A stretch of DNA of 64,000 bases from Oopsacas minuta (lineage: Eukaryota > Animalia > Porifera), in assembly GCA_024704765.1 (NCBI GenBank), contig JAKMXF010000266.1, positions 124,001 to 188,000 on the forward strand, in the 5' to 3' direction. The number at the start of each line of letters is the position of its first letter. The stretch's first letter is position 1. Of this stretch, positions 61,797 through 64,000 are shown one piece after another. The notes beneath the pieces were generated by a model. That model saw nothing but the letters and a program-made list of their open reading frames with translations. It was not told the origin of the DNA and made no database searches. The translations under genes were made by a program, and so were the position numbers.

Positions 61797-63352
61797 TTAG
61801 TATTTTGGAGAGGCATTGAAACTAATAATGTTATAAGTGCCTTGCTTCGGTGCTGTAGTGTATATCTTGTAAGGCCAGCTATTGTATTGTTTAGTTGATT
61901 GTGTACTGGGTTCTCCACAGGCGAAAGTAATAGAATCGCTTGCTTTCTGAACATTTCCACTTAGTAGCAGTCTGTGAAGTTTGAGATAATTAATTGATAA
62001 TATATTATATTCAATAAGAACAATAGATTATTGGAATTTCTTTCTCTATTGTTAATACCTTGTTTAGTTAATAGAGTGATTATTTATTCGACATATAATG
62101 ATTCCTATTGTATTTCCTATATACTAACGCGTCAGTTTTCACGATTCTTGTCATTACCAATCGAAACCTTGTCATAACCTGATTAACTATTTGAAATTGG
62201 TTCACCTTTGATCTTATTTATTTTATTTCGGCTATTAACTTACCTACTTGTCAACGCTTTTACTAAATTCCCAGGGATTTTCGTTGCCAACTCCTGGGTT
62301 TCACAATTTCCCCCTACTTCACCCGAAACTATCAGAAATATGAGATTCCTGGTGGTATGTGCGTACATTATTTATTAATTGACTTACCTCGTGATAACTC
62401 CACAAGAAGGATGGTAGCTTGGGTATACTGGGTAAGCATTGGTGACAAAGGCAACGCTGGGCTGTATGGCGTTCAGAAACTTCTGGGAGTTAGAATCATT
62501 GAAATCTCCGTGTCTTGAAAGCTTCATGTGTGTGTGAGTCATATTCCAGCCTGCGACACTCCATTCGTTCACCAGCAGACACTCGATATCCACACCTTTG
62601 AAATCTCCGGGTAGTAGCATTTTGAAATTGTTCGCTTCAATTGAGATGGTTATACTTCTGCCCTTCTTATTGTTTCCAAGATTAGCTCCTAGATACTTGA
62701 AAGTTACTCCGTCCAAACCGTTGTTGCACAATGGGGGTTTAGAGTAGCAATCAGTGATACAGGGTTTTTGTTTATTCACATACTCTACGATGTCTGAACG
62801 TCTATTCAGCCAATTTATGAATGTTGTGTCTGTGTAGTCTGATTCTTTCCCGGCAAGAATTATTCTCTCGAGGCCAGTTGAGCTATTTCCCTAAAGAAAG
62901 ATGTATAAATTAAAATTGTCCTTAAAAATAGTTGTATTTAAACTTACAGTGAAAACTTCTGAGATAAAATTGAAATGTGCTTCCCCTGGATGGGTTATAA
63001 CGATAGTTTTCACTTGATCAACTGTATTTCTCATATAAGCCTGTACCATTCCGACATTCCAGCCTTCTACAACCTTTGTAGATTGTCCCATGTTGAAAAC
63101 TATTACTTCTCCGCTTGGACATTGAACCATGGTCGCATCTCCTTCTCCAAGGGGTAGCGAGTACACCAGTAATTGTCCTGAGGATTTAGGCATTGTTACC
63201 ATCCCACTTTCAATATCCCATTTACTCACTGAGGTGAGATGTGTCTCTGGCTCTTTTGCATACTGAATTATTTCATCAGGGTTGGGTAGAGATGCTGCCA
63301 AAATTAATTTTATGAATACTACCGCTATGAATATTGTACGGAGTTTTGCCAT
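61797..63352 (-). CDS. Secreted ComEC/Rec2-like metallo-beta-lactamase-fold protein with degenerate metal-binding motifs, three exons, 360 aa
   Basis: Exons 63352-62948, 62890-62388, 61971-61797 (GT-AG; 1083 nt, in frame). Signal peptide; LPLGEGDATMVQCP (cf. DVGQGD); ITHPGEAH (cf. HxHxDH); MLLPGD; KLSRHGD (cf. KxxHHGS); SYHPS...ITRL (cf. YGHP...RL); IYTT. Confidence 0.78.
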
Positions 63353-63636
63353 TTTGAAGTTTGTTGTGATCTGAATGTGTGTAAGAATGAAGTTAGGTTT
63401 GTTCTATTTATATCCTGCTAAACTACTCTGAATTGTAACAATTCTAATTATCTGATAATTTGAGTTCATCTGTTGCTAATTACTGATCGCACTTTTGTTT
63501 TTCAATCTCTGTTACAAAGATACCCAAATCCCATTATGAATAGTAATGAACAGCTGTGTGCTTAGAAATAATAATAATCTATACTTAGCGAGGCTTCACG
63601 GCCTGCTAAAATATAATTCATTCTATTCTCACAGAT

Positions 63637-63863
63637 CTAGTCAACCACAAACTTCGCATCGTACATTACCTGTAATGTTCTTATCCAACTGTAAAATAAT
63701 ACTTTAATGTTAGAAAATGGATTCAACATTCAGTTTACTCTGACCATGTGTAAGTAGTTCTGGCTTCAAACCACATATCTATTGTTTGGAACCTGATTTT
63801 ATATTCACTGTATATATTTCAATTGTTTTATCTATTACCGGGTGGCCAGAATGATGATTTTCG
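63637..63863 (-). CDS. Probable 3'-terminal exons of a gene starting beyond the window; death-domain-like C-terminus (tentative)
   Basis: Three small exons 63863-63839, 63792-63739, 63688-63637 joined by 46- and 50-nt GT-AG introns give xKIIILATRFQTIDMWFEARTTYTWSDWIRTLQVMYDAKFVVD*. The MW...TYTWSDWIRTL pattern resembles death-domain helices 5-6. Confidence 0.35.
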
Positions 63864-64000
63864 CTGAAAATTATTGCTTACGAACTTGTCAACCAATTCT
63901 GCTCTAACTTTGTATTTCTTATCTTTTTTATTTGGCCTCGTATATTTCCCATTTGAATTACTTGTGAATTATTGGAAGTTTGTAATGGTGAAAGGGAATA

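Noticed and set aside
62240-62349. Alternative terminal exon for the MBL-fold gene through a 39-nt intron
   Set aside because: Intron shorter than the others here and peptide lacks family features; the exon at 61971-61797 restores the expected RL...IYT pattern.

Overview
AT-rich, very gene-dense eukaryotic (metazoan) genomic DNA with short GT-AG introns, mostly about 45-60 nt. The gene content (Lgl, ARMH1, COMMD7, SPRING1, SH2 proteins, Amt) and the compactness suggest an early-branching animal such as a glass sponge; this is inference. I can support about 29 protein-coding genes or gene fragments. Recognisable ones are COMMD7 (3' end), GTF2H2, ARMH1 (5'-incomplete), AP1G1 (~22 exons), an LRR-EGF-mucin membrane protein, a CD36/SCARB receptor, a 1868-aa spectrin-like tail-anchored protein, PNPLA6/7, POMP, RPAP3, HSD17B10, FKBP2, RAB4, ELMOD3, SPRING1, TXNDC9, TBC1D2, LLGL, a cytochrome b561, U2AF2, ABCB8, a divergent Rab-like GTPase and two tandem Amt transporters. 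Several TA-flanked pogo/Tigger-like MITEs are also present. The most unusual observations are: (1) a catalytically dead caspase-fold domain fused to two SH2 domains; (2) a guanylate-kinase-like domain fused to an ELMOD3 Arf-GAP domain; (3) a PH-coiled-coil-TBC RabGAP with an added JIP3/ARHGEF10-type beta-propeller; (4) a secreted, intron-containing ComEC/Rec2-like metallo-beta-lactamase-fold protein with degenerate metal ligands; (5) at least three, probably four, gene-in-intron nestings, two of them on the same strand as the host; and (6) 20 of 26 start codons preceded within 18 nt by a splice-acceptor-like YAG/AAG, consistent with spliced-leader trans-splicing or 5' UTR introns. I recognised no rRNA, tRNA or CRISPR array. 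All homology calls come from recalled family motifs, not from database searches.
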